In this document: piece by piece, positions 18,248 through 28,568 of the stretch | Layout: the number at the start of each line of letters is the position of its first letter | How positions within the stretch are numbered: position 1 is the stretch's first letter | DNA from: an uncultured Clostridiaceae bacterium | Lineage (GTDB): Bacteria > Bacillota > Clostridia > TANB77 > CAG-465 | Direction of reading: 5' to 3' | Assembly (NCBI GenBank): GCA_964371585.1 | Contig: CAYJMD010000001.1 | Span: 97,709 to 161,708 of the forward strand | Length of the DNA: 64,000 nt | Translations under genes and position numbers: made by a program | The notes under the pieces: model-generated | Seen by the model: only the letters and a program-made list of their open reading frames with translations | Databases searched by the model: none | What the model was told of the DNA's origin: nothing

Positions 18248-18280
18248 GCTGGCCATAAGTTTAGGATACTTATGACCAGC
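18248..18280 (+). terminator. hairpin downstream of recR (terminator-like)
   Basis: GCTGGCCATAAG pairs with CTTATGACCAGC (one mismatch) around a 9-nt loop. The following T-tract is weak. Confidence 0.45.
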
Positions 18281-18513
18281 TTACCTTATTCTTATTACTA
18301 ATTTTATCTTAAACAAAATGTTTGTATAAACATGTGTAAAATATTTAAAGAAAAATATAAATATTTCATTTTTATTTAGTTTAAGTTAATATTAGCTATT
18401 TTAGAAACCAAGGTAATGATACTTAATTAATACTAAGTATCTACTATATAATAAAACTATATATATAGATATATATATTATGGTTTAATTCTTAAAATAT
18501 ATACAAAGAAAAG

Positions 18514-19308
18514 GTGATTTTTTTGAAAATAGGTTTTTTTGATTCTGGATTTGGCGGAATTTCAATATTAAAAGAGAGTTTAAAGATAAATGAAGATGTA
18601 AATTATTTATATTTAGCAGATAATTTAAATGTTCCTTATGGTGAAAAAGATAAAGAGGTTCTTAAAGAAATAATAGATAATAATATACAATTACTTATTA
18701 AAAATAATTGTGATATTATTGTAATTGCTTGTAATACAGCAACAAGTATTAGTATCAAAGATTTACGCCTTAAATACGATATACCAATTATTGGAACAGA
18801 ACCGGCAATAAAGCCAGCAATAGAATATTATAATAATATGAATGATAGAAAAAATAAGAAGATTTTACTAACTGCTACAAAACTTACTTTAAAAGAGAAA
18901 AAGTTGGCAGATCTTATTTCTAGTTTTGATAATTTTAATATAGTAAAACAAGAATTATCTAAACTTGTAGTATTAGCTGAAAGTGGTAATTATACTAAAC
19001 AAGATGTATATGACTATTTATCTGAAGTGATTGATAATAAAGAAGAATACTGTAGTATTGTACTTGGCTGTACACATTTTCCTTTATTTAAAGAAGAAAT
19101 ATTAGAATTTTTTGGCAATGATATTAAAATTTTTGATAGTTCATTTGGAGTTTGTAAAAATATTCAAAAAACAATTTTAAATGTAAAACAAAGTGATAAA
19201 AATATAGTGGAGAATGAAAGTAATAAAGAAGTTGTAGAACTTATTTTAACAAAAGAAAATGATGGTTATAGAACTTTATTTTATAATATACTTAATCATT
19301 TAAAATAA
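18514..19308 (+). CDS. murI: glutamate racemase
   Basis: GFFDSGFGGISILK, IACNTATS and LGCTHFP carry the two catalytic Cys motifs. The exact start is uncertain (GTG 18514 or TTG 18523). Confidence 0.88.
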   Translation: MIFLKIGFFDSGFGGISILKESLKINEDVNYLYLADNLNVPYGEKDKEVLKEIIDNNIQLLIKNNCDIIVIACNTATSISIKDLRLKYDIPIIGTEPAIKPAIEYYNNMNDRKNKKILLTATKLTLKEKKLADLISSFDNFNIVKQELSKLVVLAESGNYTKQDVYDYLSEVIDNKEEYCSIVLGCTHFPLFKEEILEFFGNDIKIFDSSFGVCKNIQKTILNVKQSDKNIVENESNKEVVELILTKENDGYRTLFYNILNHLK

Positions 19309-19584
19309 AGTCATAATCTGATAAATCTGTTTTAAAATAATTAAATTTTTGTAAAATACTATTAATTAATATTAATGATATTATAAATACAGCTATAGTT
19401 ATTAGAACTAATTTATTTATAAATATGACATGGTTGTTTAGTTTTCTCATATTACATTATATTAGTTAAAAAAATAAATATTAAACAAAAGAATTAATAT
19501 TTTAATAAAAATTAATGAAATACTAGAAAAAAAAAAACTTTATGATATAATATAAGTATCATATAAAAGATAGAGGTGCTTTAA

Positions 19585-20280
19585 ATGGAAGAAAGAAAGA
19601 TTTTAATAGTTGATGATGAGACTTCAATTGTAGAAATATTAAAATTTAATTTAGAAAAAGAAGGATATAAAACGTATGAAGCATATGATGCTGATGAAGC
19701 TATAGCTAAAGCAGAAGAAATTAAACCTGATTTAATTTTACTTGATGTTATGCTCCCTAAATCAGATGGGTTTACAGTTTGTAGAAAAATTAGACAAACT
19801 ATGAATTGTCCTATAATAATGCTTACTGCAAGAGAAGATGTTGTAGATAAAATTATTGGTTTAGAACTTGGCGCAGATGATTATATGACTAAACCTTTTA
19901 GTATTAGAGAAGTACTTGCTAGGGTTAAAGCAAATCTAAGAAAATATGTTAAAGTAGAAGAAAAAAATGATGAGGATAAAACATTTGCTATTAAAGACAT
20001 GATTATAGATTCTAAAAATTATTTAGCTAAAATTGGTACAAGAGTTATAGATCTTACTTCTAAAGAGTATGAACTTTTAAACCTACTTGCTACAAATGCA
20101 AATGAAGTTTTTACAAGAGAACAAATTTTAAAAGCTATATGGGGATATGATTATTATGGTGACTCTAGAACTGTAGATGTTACTGTAAGAAGATTAAGAG
20201 AAAAAATAGAACTTAACACATCAAATCCTAAGTATTTATTAACAAAAAGAGGAATGGGTTACTATGTAACTTTAAAATAA
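19585..20280 (+). CDS. OmpR-family response regulator
   Basis: ILIVDDE, phospho-acceptor context LILLDVMLP, KPF, and a winged-helix C-terminus (RTVDVTVRRLREKI). Confidence 0.9.
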   Translation: MEERKILIVDDETSIVEILKFNLEKEGYKTYEAYDADEAIAKAEEIKPDLILLDVMLPKSDGFTVCRKIRQTMNCPIIMLTAREDVVDKIIGLELGADDYMTKPFSIREVLARVKANLRKYVKVEEKNDEDKTFAIKDMIIDSKNYLAKIGTRVIDLTSKEYELLNLLATNANEVFTREQILKAIWGYDYYGDSRTVDVTVRRLREKIELNTSNPKYLLTKRGMGYYVTLK

Positions 20281-20340
20281 TAGAATAATACTTACGATAG
20301 TTATATATTGTAAGTATTATTTATATATAAAGGAGTTTTT

Positions 20341-21729
20341 ATGAAAGAGATAAAATTTGGTATATTAAATTTAATATTTAATTTAGTAATTGTTGCTACA
20401 ACAGCAGTTGTAATATTACTTTGTGTTCAAGCTGGTATTATAGGGCTAGATAATATATTTTCTTTTAGTAGTATTGCTATCATATTTGGACTTATGCTTA
20501 TAACTATAATATTTTCTGTTAATATATCAAGTAGTATAACAATGAATATTAAAAAACTTGAAAAAAATATGAAAGCAATATTAGATGGTAAAATAGTTGA
20601 GATTAAGTCACCTAAGAGACCAACTAAAATATATGAAATGAATTCATTTATTTCTACATATAAAGCGATGATGGAAATAGTAAAAAGAAATAATTTTGCT
20701 CTTAACTCAGAAGCTAGTAAAACAGAAATTATACTTGAACATATGGCAGATGGAGTTATAGCTTTTTCTGTTATTAAAGATGTAATACATATGAATAAAT
20801 CTGCTATGACAATGCTTGGACTTGATTTTTCTTACGATACATATGAAAAAATAAAGTCAAAATTAAATTTAGAACTTAACTTTGACCAAATAATATATTT
20901 ATCTAGTAATAAGTCTATTGAGCAACAAGTAGCAATTGGAGATAACATATTAAACTTAGTATTTTTACCATTTTTCAATGCAAGCTTTAGGCCTACAGGT
21001 ATTATCCTTATAATAAGAAATATAACAGAAAGTATGAGACTTGAAAACTTAAGAAAAGAATTTGTTGCTAATGTTTCTCATGAATTTAAAACACCTCTTA
21101 CATCCATAAAAGGTTATTCTGAAACAATGATGAGATCAGATCTAACTAAAGATGAAGTAGAAGATTTTGCAAGAGTAATAAATCAAGAAGCTAATAGAAT
21201 GGATAGACTTGTAGTTAACTTATTACAATTATCTAAGTTTGATAATAATAGAACAGCACTTAAAAAAGTTCATTTTAATTTAGCGGATTTATCTAAATTA
21301 GTAGCTGAAAAAATGAAATTTACTGCAGCACAAAAAGAACATGAACTTGTATGTGAGATTATTAAGCCAACAAAAATATATGCAGATAAAGATTCTATTG
21401 AACAAGTACTACTTAATATAGTAAGTAATAGTATTAAATATACTCCAGATGGAGGGAAAATAAAAATAAGTATTGATAATGATTCAAAAGATGCATATAT
21501 TAAAATTATTGATAATGGTATAGGAATACCACAAAAAGATTTAGATAGAATATTTGAAAGATTCTATAGAGTAGATAAAGCAAGATCTAGAAAAATGGGT
21601 GGTACAGGACTTGGGCTTGCAATAGTTAAAGAAATAGTAGATAGTAATGGTGGTAAAATTGATATTACAAGTGAAGTAGACAAAGGAACAAAAACAGTTA
21701 TCTCATTACCACTTTCTATGAATAACTAA
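20341..21729 (+). CDS. sensor histidine kinase (two TM helices, PAS, HisKA, HATPase)
   Basis: H-box VSHEFKTPLTSIKGY, N-box LLNIVSNSIKYT, G-boxes DNGIGIP and GGTGLGLAIVK. The two N-terminal TM helices have almost no external loop. Confidence 0.88.
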   Translation: MKEIKFGILNLIFNLVIVATTAVVILLCVQAGIIGLDNIFSFSSIAIIFGLMLITIIFSVNISSSITMNIKKLEKNMKAILDGKIVEIKSPKRPTKIYEMNSFISTYKAMMEIVKRNNFALNSEASKTEIILEHMADGVIAFSVIKDVIHMNKSAMTMLGLDFSYDTYEKIKSKLNLELNFDQIIYLSSNKSIEQQVAIGDNILNLVFLPFFNASFRPTGIILIIRNITESMRLENLRKEFVANVSHEFKTPLTSIKGYSETMMRSDLTKDEVEDFARVINQEANRMDRLVVNLLQLSKFDNNRTALKKVHFNLADLSKLVAEKMKFTAAQKEHELVCEIIKPTKIYADKDSIEQVLLNIVSNSIKYTPDGGKIKISIDNDSKDAYIKIIDNGIGIPQKDLDRIFERFYRVDKARSRKMGGTGLGLAIVKEIVDSNGGKIDITSEVDKGTKTVISLPLSMNN

Positions 21730-21749
21730 AGAAAGAGAGTATAATAAAA

Positions 21750-22517
21750 ATGAAATATATAGAAACACATGCACATTATTATGATGATGCATATGCAGAT
21801 AATTTAGATGAAGTATTAGAAAAAGTAAAAGAAGCTGGAGTAGAAAAAATTATTAATATAGGTGCAGATTATCCTTCTAGTAAAAAAGTAATAGAACTTG
21901 CAAATAGATATAAAAATACATATGCAACTATAGGTGTTCATCCTCATGATGTAGATGAATTTAACTTAGAAAAGTTAGAATCATTATATCTTGAAAATAA
22001 AGATTCAGGTAAAATAGTAGCTATAGGTGAAATTGGACTAGATTATGCATTTGTTTCAGATAATAAAGAAAAACAAAAAGATGCATTTGTAAAGCAAATA
22101 AATCTTGCTAAAAAATATGATCTTCCAATAGTAGTACATACAAGAGATGCAAGTTTGGATACATACAATATTCTTAAAGATATAGATGAAAGTATTAAAG
22201 TACTTATACATTGTTTTAGTCCTACTGATGATTTAGTTAGACTAGTTATTCAAAGAGGCTATACAGTAGCTTTTGGTGGTAATATAACATATAAAAGAAA
22301 TAAAAGTTTTGGAGAGTACATAACTAAAATACCACTTAGTAGTTTAGTTATTGAAACAGACTGTCCATATCTTTCTCCAGAGCCTCATAGAGGAACTATT
22401 AATGATTCTTCAAGACTTCCTATTATAAATAGTAAGCTTGCAGAGTTTAAAAATATAAGTGAAGAAGAAATGGCGAAAATAGTTAAAGAGAATTCTGAGA
22501 AATTTTTTTGTATTTAA
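21750..22517 (+). CDS. tatD: TatD family metal-dependent hydrolase
   Basis: IETHAHY, IGEIGLDY, VVHTRDA, ETDCPYL. Confidence 0.88.
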   Translation: MKYIETHAHYYDDAYADNLDEVLEKVKEAGVEKIINIGADYPSSKKVIELANRYKNTYATIGVHPHDVDEFNLEKLESLYLENKDSGKIVAIGEIGLDYAFVSDNKEKQKDAFVKQINLAKKYDLPIVVHTRDASLDTYNILKDIDESIKVLIHCFSPTDDLVRLVIQRGYTVAFGGNITYKRNKSFGEYITKIPLSSLVIETDCPYLSPEPHRGTINDSSRLPIINSKLAEFKNISEEEMAKIVKENSEKFFCI

Positions 22518-22558
22518 TTGTATAATGTTAAATATTATTTATATAATAGGAGGAAGTA

Positions 22559-22969
22559 ATGATCGACAAAGAAACAATGCTTATGGCAGTTGAAAAGTAT
22601 AAACTAATGAGAACAGATAATATAATTTATGGCACAAACATACCTAAAGTAAAATTTATATTACCAACACCAATAGGTACAGAAGTAGTGTTTGAAGAAA
22701 CGAAGTTTTTTTTCTTTGTTTTTGATGAAAAAGGAATAAGGATAATAACAACAGATTTGAAATTTGAATATTTCTTTAAATGGGAAGATATTAAAGATGT
22801 TAAGATTAGCAAATTCTTAATAATTGGTAAATTATCATTTGTATATAATGGTAATAAATTTGTATTTCAACTAAATAGATTTGTATTTGGTAATCAGTGG
22901 ATTTCTAATAATACTAAATTATTAGAAAGTAATAACTATTATATAAAAAGAGATTTGCATATTAGTTGA
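22559..22969 (+). CDS. hypothetical protein
   Basis: GGAGGAAG RBS, 136-aa ORF. No family securely recognised; possibly a bacterial PH-like fold. Confidence 0.4.
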   Translation: MIDKETMLMAVEKYKLMRTDNIIYGTNIPKVKFILPTPIGTEVVFEETKFFFFVFDEKGIRIITTDLKFEYFFKWEDIKDVKISKFLIIGKLSFVYNGNKFVFQLNRFVFGNQWISNNTKLLESNNYYIKRDLHIS

Positions 22970-23013
22970 TTTTTGAAATGGTAAAGTGTTTAGCAAAAAG
23001 AGAGGAAAGAATT

Positions 23014-23205
23014 ATGTTCAATAAAGAAAAGAAACAAAAAAGATTTATTACAAAAAGTTCACAAGGATAAGGATTGAGTTGTTTAGATATAGTTGTAGAT
23101 ACTGAAACGGGTGTTAACTATTTATTAGCTCAAAGTCCTTATGGTGGTATGACACCATTATTAGATATGAATGGAAATGTAGTTATAGATATTATAAATA
23201 ATTAA
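23014..23205 (+). pseudogene. small conserved-looking ORF interrupted by an in-frame TAA
   Basis: GAGGA RBS, ATG 23014. MFNKEKKQKRFITKSSQG, then TAA (23068-23070), then the same frame continues GLSCLDIVVDTETGVNYLLAQSPYGGMTPLLDMNGNVVIDIINN to TAA 23203-23205. Confidence 0.5.
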
Positions 23206-23427
23206 TATTTATTAGTACAATATATATAAATCAATACTATCACTATCATTTTTTTTGATGGTGATAGTTTGTTTATTTCTTGTTATTTGTATAGATGTTA
23301 CATGTTTAACACTAATATGTAAAAACTTTAATAAATAAAATGACAAATTTACATAAAATAATTGTAAAATTATGTGAAGTGTGATATAATAAGTTGTAAT
23401 GTGTTAAAACGCAAATTAAGGAGAAAT

Positions 23428-24996
23428 ATGAAATTTACAAATTTAAATCAAAATATTCTTAAAGCTTTAAGTGAGATGGGCTTTGAAGAAATGACACCAA
23501 TACAAGAAAATTCTATACCTCAAATTCAAACAGGTAAAGACTTTATTGGTATATCTCATACAGGATCTGGAAAAACATGTGCTTTTGCAACTCCTATTAT
23601 AAACATGATAGAGGATAATAAATTAATCGAACATATTATTTTATGTCCTACTAGGGAACTTGTTATACAAACTTGTGAAGAGTTTAAAAAAATAGGTAAA
23701 TATGTAAAAGAGTTAAAAGTTGTGCCAGTTTATGGTGGACAACAAATAGACAGACAACTTATTGCACTAAGAAAAAAACCTAATGTTGTTGTTGCAACTC
23801 CAGGTAGACTTATGGATCACATGAGAAAGAAAACAATTAAATTAGACAATTTAAAATCTTTAGTTTTAGATGAAGCTGATGAAATGTTAAACATGGGATT
23901 TAGAGAAGATTTAGACTTTATACTATCTAACGCAAATGAGAATATACAAACAGTACTATTTTCAGCAACTATGTCAAAAGATATAATGAATATTACAAAA
24001 AAATATTTAAAAGAAGATGCTGTTAAATATGTTGTAGAACATAAAGCTATAAATTCACCTAAAATATCTCAGTATATAATTAAATTACATAATACTAAAA
24101 AAATGGAAGCTATGACTAGAATTTTAGATAGTGAAGATATAAACTTATCAGTTGTATTTTGTAATACAAAAAGAATGGTTGATGAACTTGTATCTGAACT
24201 TAGTATAAGAGGATATTTATGTGCTGGACTTCATTCAGATGTAAAACAATCTCAACGTGATGTAATTATGAAAAAATTTAGAACAGGTAAAATTAATATA
24301 TTAATTGCTACTGATGTTGCTGCTCGTGGTATAGATGTTGATGGTGTTGAAGTTGTATTTAACTATGACCTTCCGATGGACGAAGAATTCTATGTACATA
24401 GAATAGGTAGAACTGGAAGAGCTGGTAAAGAAGGGAAAGCTATCAGTTTTGTAAGTCAAAGAGATGGAAATGCACTAAGAAACTTAGAAAGATTCTTAAA
24501 GAAAAAGTTTGATGAATATGAAATACCATCAAATGAAAAAACTTTAAGTAAAAAATATTCTAAACTATTTGGGGAAGCTACTAAAATTATCTTAAAAGGC
24601 AATTTAGAGAAAGAAATAGCTGCTATAGATGAATTTTTAGAAAGTAATGAAGTTAGTTTAATTGAATTTGCAGCAAGTTTAGTTCAAAAAGAAGTTGGCG
24701 AAGCTGTAATAGAAAAAATTAATTTTAAAGATAAATCAGAAGTTGGAGAAGGTAAAGTAAGATTATTTATTACTCTTGGTAAAAAAGATAATGTAAATAG
24801 AAATACTTTAAGAGACTTTATTGTTGATACTTGTAAAGTTGATAGATCATACATTCATAATTGTGAAGTGTTAGATAAATTTGCTTTTGTAACTGTATCA
24901 AATAGCATAGATAAAGCTATAATAAAAAAATTACACGGTATGTCATACAACAAAAGAAAAATATGTGTAGAACAAAGCCAAGGTAAAAAGAAATAA
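23428..24996 (+). CDS. DEAD-box ATP-dependent RNA helicase with a DbpA-type C-terminal RNA-binding domain
   Basis: Q-motif TPIQ, GSGKT, DEAD (LVLDEADEM), SAT, HRIGRTGRAG. C-terminal VRLFITLGKKDNV...VTVS. AAGGAGA RBS precedes ATG 23428. Confidence 0.9.
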   Translation: MKFTNLNQNILKALSEMGFEEMTPIQENSIPQIQTGKDFIGISHTGSGKTCAFATPIINMIEDNKLIEHIILCPTRELVIQTCEEFKKIGKYVKELKVVPVYGGQQIDRQLIALRKKPNVVVATPGRLMDHMRKKTIKLDNLKSLVLDEADEMLNMGFREDLDFILSNANENIQTVLFSATMSKDIMNITKKYLKEDAVKYVVEHKAINSPKISQYIIKLHNTKKMEAMTRILDSEDINLSVVFCNTKRMVDELVSELSIRGYLCAGLHSDVKQSQRDVIMKKFRTGKINILIATDVAARGIDVDGVEVVFNYDLPMDEEFYVHRIGRTGRAGKEGKAISFVSQRDGNALRNLERFLKKKFDEYEIPSNEKTLSKKYSKLFGEATKIILKGNLEKEIAAIDEFLESNEVSLIEFAASLVQKEVGEAVIEKINFKDKSEVGEGKVRLFITLGKKDNVNRNTLRDFIVDTCKVDRSYIHNCEVLDKFAFVTVSNSIDKAIIKKLHGMSYNKRKICVEQSQGKKK

Positions 24997-25178
24997 TAAT
25001 TAAGTCAAAGTATATTTAAAAGATGTACTTTGGCTTTTTTATTCGTATAATGTTTAAAATAGCATAGTTACCCTAATTACTTGAAAAATAAGGAAAAAAG
25101 GTATATAATATATCATAATAATATTAAACAAAATATTACTTAAAATTTATAAATACATCAAAGTAAGGGGGCTTAAAA

Positions 25179-27314
25179 ATGGAAGAACATTTAATAGCAA
25201 TACTTAAAGAAAACAATATTGATTATGATGAGAAATATTTAATGAAAGTAATTAATTATGCAAAAGAAAATTATGGGAATAAATTAAGATATTCAAAGCA
25301 AACATTATATGAACACTCGCTAGGTGTAGCAATAGAAGTAGCTAAACTTAAACTAGATATAACAAGTATTTATGCTTGTATATTACATGAACTTGTAAAA
25401 ACTGATGTTGATTTTAAAGATGTTACTGAGCTTTTTTCTAAAGAAATAGTAGATATAATTAAAGGTCTTGGCAAAGTATCATATTTAAATTATACAGCTA
25501 GAACTAAAATTGATGAAAATAATTTAAGAAAACTGTTTATGGCTATTGCTCAAGATATACGTGTAGTTATAATAAAACTTGTAGATAGATTATACAACAT
25601 GAGACAAGCAAATGATATGGATGAAGAGTTTAGACTATTAAAAGCTAAAGAAAATTTAGAAATATATTCTCCAATTGCTCATAGACTTGGTATATCTCAT
25701 ATTAAATCTGAACTTGAAGATATATCATTTAGAATATTATATAAAGATGAATATGCAAGTATTAAGAAAAAAATAGATATAAAAAAACATGAACGTGAAG
25801 AGTACATAAATAATAAGATAGAAGAGTTAAATAAAGAGTTAAAAGATAATAATGTTAAAGCAACAATAATTGGTAGACCTAAACATTTCTATAGTATATA
25901 TAAAAAAATGAAGGAAAAAGGTTGTGACATAGATGGTATTTTTGATTTACTAGCTATACGAATTATAGTTAACTCAATTAAAGATTGTTACATAGTACTT
26001 GGCATAATTCATAGTAAATATAAACCGATGCCAGGTAGATTTAAAGATTATATAGCTATGCCTAAAACAAATAATTATCAATCATTACATACAACTGTTT
26101 TTGGTAATAATAATAGTCCTTTTGAAGTTCAAATTCGTACATGGGATATGCAAAGGTTTGCAGAGTATGGAGCAGCAGCACATTTTATATACAAAGAAAA
26201 AACTACAAGTATGGATGCTACAGAGCAAAAAATACTTTGGATTAGACAAACTTTAGAACTTCAAAAAGAGTTATCTGAAAATGTAAATAACTTAAAAGAC
26301 TTTAAAGGTGAACTTTTTGGAGAGGAAGTTTTTGTATTTACTCCCAAAGGAGATATTAAAGCCCTTCCTAAAGGAGCTACAACAATAGATCTTGCATATA
26401 ATATACATCAAAATATAGCAGAAAAAATGATAGGTAGTAAGATAAATGGTAAACTTGTTCCGATATTTACTAAACTTAAAAATACTGATGTTGTGGAAAT
26501 TATTACTGCCAAAAATTCTAAAGGACCAAGTTTTGACTGGCTTAAAAATGTTAAAACACATTCAGCAAGAAATAAGATAATTGCTACTTTAAAGAAAAAG
26601 GATAGTAAAATATATATTTCAAGAGGTAAAGAGTTATTTGATAAAGAGATTAAGAAAAGAAAAATTACTAAAAATGAACTTTTAAAAGAAGAGTTATTAT
26701 CTCAAATGGTTAAAGGTCTTAATTTAAATACATTAGATGCTGTATATGAAAATATAGGATTTGGTAATTTATCATATGTTAAAGCTGTTAATAGATTAGT
26801 AGAAGAATACAGTAAAAAATATAAATCGGATGAACTAAAATCAAAAGTAGTAAATAGAAAAATGGCAGATAATAAAAGTGCCATTGTAGTTGAAGGTTTA
26901 ACTAATTGTCTTATTAAATTTTCTAAATGTTGCTCTCCTATACCAGGAGACGATATCATAGGATATATTACATATTCTAAAGGTGTATCTATACATAGAA
27001 AAGATTGTAGTAATTTAAAAGACTTAGACATTACAAATAGAAAAATTAATGTTAAATGGAAAGATAAAATTAAAACAGTATTTAGTACTAATTTAATAAT
27101 ATTTGCTAACTACAGAGAGGCTGTAACTATTGACATAATAAAAAAAGTTAATGATTTAGGTATTAGTTTTGAAGGTATTAAAGCAAATAAAACAGATGGT
27201 AGTGAGCTTATTATAAATTTAACGATTACAGCAGAAAATATAGAGTCAGTAAATAAAGTTATAAGAGAAATAAAAAAAATAGATAGTGTATACGAGGTTA
27301 AAAGAGCGAGGTAG
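25179..27314 (+). CDS. relA: long RelA/SpoT homologue, (p)ppGpp synthetase; hydrolase-domain motifs diverged
   Basis: Synthetase motifs RPKHFYSIYKKM, DLLAIRIIV, YQSLHTTV and EVQIRTWDMQRFAEYGAAAH, followed by TGS and a C-terminal ACT-like region. The N-terminal HD region reads ILHELVKTD and DRLYNMR instead of LHDVVEDT and DRLHNMR. Confidence 0.9.
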   Translation: MEEHLIAILKENNIDYDEKYLMKVINYAKENYGNKLRYSKQTLYEHSLGVAIEVAKLKLDITSIYACILHELVKTDVDFKDVTELFSKEIVDIIKGLGKVSYLNYTARTKIDENNLRKLFMAIAQDIRVVIIKLVDRLYNMRQANDMDEEFRLLKAKENLEIYSPIAHRLGISHIKSELEDISFRILYKDEYASIKKKIDIKKHEREEYINNKIEELNKELKDNNVKATIIGRPKHFYSIYKKMKEKGCDIDGIFDLLAIRIIVNSIKDCYIVLGIIHSKYKPMPGRFKDYIAMPKTNNYQSLHTTVFGNNNSPFEVQIRTWDMQRFAEYGAAAHFIYKEKTTSMDATEQKILWIRQTLELQKELSENVNNLKDFKGELFGEEVFVFTPKGDIKALPKGATTIDLAYNIHQNIAEKMIGSKINGKLVPIFTKLKNTDVVEIITAKNSKGPSFDWLKNVKTHSARNKIIATLKKKDSKIYISRGKELFDKEIKKRKITKNELLKEELLSQMVKGLNLNTLDAVYENIGFGNLSYVKAVNRLVEEYSKKYKSDELKSKVVNRKMADNKSAIVVEGLTNCLIKFSKCCSPIPGDDIIGYITYSKGVSIHRKDCSNLKDLDITNRKINVKWKDKIKTVFSTNLIIFANYREAVTIDIIKKVNDLGISFEGIKANKTDGSELIINLTITAENIESVNKVIREIKKIDSVYEVKRAR

Positions 27315-27318
27315 ATAT

Positions 27319-27891
27319 ATGGCGAAATTATATTTTAGATATGGAGCAATGGGTTCTGGTAAATCTATTGACTTACTTAAAGTAGCGTACAATTATGAAG
27401 AAAGAGGACACAAAATCATGTGTTTTAATGCTAGAATAGATACAAGAAATGAAGATAGTAAAATATTTACAAGAATAGGTATATCTAAAGATGCACATTT
27501 ATTTGATAAAGAAACAAATATGTATGATGTAGTATTAACTCAAAAGTTTTTACCAGCTGCGGTCCTTATTGATGAATCACAGTTTTTAAGTAAAAAGCAA
27601 GTAAATGAGTTATCTGATGTAGTTGATTATCTAAATATACCAGTTATATGCTATGGACTTAGAACAGATTTTCAAAATAATTTTTTTGAAGGCTCACATA
27701 GATTGTTTGAGCTTGCAGATAAAATTGAAGAAATTAAAACTATATGTAAATGTTCGGCTAAAGCTACTCACAATGCTAGATTTATAGATGGTAAAATGCA
27801 AGTATCTGGAAATCAGGTATTTATAGGAGATACAGAATATAAAGCATTATGTAGAAAATGTTATAAAGAAGAAATTAACAAAGTTAAGTAA
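27319..27891 (+). CDS. tdk: thymidine kinase
   Basis: YGAMGSGKS P-loop, IDESQF, C-terminal zinc motif CKC...CRKC. Confidence 0.92.
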   Translation: MAKLYFRYGAMGSGKSIDLLKVAYNYEERGHKIMCFNARIDTRNEDSKIFTRIGISKDAHLFDKETNMYDVVLTQKFLPAAVLIDESQFLSKKQVNELSDVVDYLNIPVICYGLRTDFQNNFFEGSHRLFELADKIEEIKTICKCSAKATHNARFIDGKMQVSGNQVFIGDTEYKALCRKCYKEEINKVK

Positions 27892-27904
27892 TGGGAGAAA
27901 ATGA

Positions 27905-28558
27905 ATGAAAACAAAAGATATAATATGTATAAAAGTTGGTAGTGAAGATTACCCTACTAACTGTTATATAATTAAAGATAGTAATAAAAATGCAATTGTA
28001 ATAGATCCAGGATATGATACTGAAAAAATCATTAAAACTATAAATGATAATAATTTAATTTTGAGAAAAATATTGCTTACTCATACTCATGCAGATCATA
28101 TAGGAGAACTTGAAAATTTACTTAACGCTTATGATTGTAATGTAATGGTACATAAAAATGATGTAGATGGATTTACAGATGATGATAAAGCATATTTTTC
28201 AATGCTGGGTATAATGAAAATTAATGTACCTAAAGATAGAATAGAGTATTTTGAAGATAAGGATGTTATAAATGTAGGTAGTATAAGTTTAGAAGTTATT
28301 CATACTCCTGGACATACAAGTGGATGTGTTTGTTTTTTTGAAAAAGAAATGAATATATTAATTACAGGAGATACATTGTTTAGCACTTGCTATGGAAGAT
28401 GTGATTTAAAATCTAGTAGTATTGCTCAAATGGAAAAAAGTTTGTATATGCTATTTGAAAGATTTAGTAATGTAATGATTTATCCAGGACATGAAGATAG
28501 CATAAACATTAGTGATATAGAAAAGAAAATCAAACTGTTAATAACACTTAGGAGGTAA
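27905..28558 (+). CDS. MBL-fold metallo-hydrolase
   Basis: LLTHTHADHIG (HxHxDH), TPGHTSG, GDTLF. Confidence 0.85.
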   Translation: MKTKDIICIKVGSEDYPTNCYIIKDSNKNAIVIDPGYDTEKIIKTINDNNLILRKILLTHTHADHIGELENLLNAYDCNVMVHKNDVDGFTDDDKAYFSMLGIMKINVPKDRIEYFEDKDVINVGSISLEVIHTPGHTSGCVCFFEKEMNILITGDTLFSTCYGRCDLKSSSIAQMEKSLYMLFERFSNVMIYPGHEDSINISDIEKKIKLLITLRR

Positions 28559-28568
28559 TAGACTTATT

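Noticed and set aside
18457-18480. Alternating TATATATATAGATATATATATTA stretch in the recR-murI spacer, considered as a repeat or regulatory element.
   Set aside because: It is low-complexity AT dinucleotide sequence, expected by chance in intergenic DNA of this composition, with no second copy or flanking structure.
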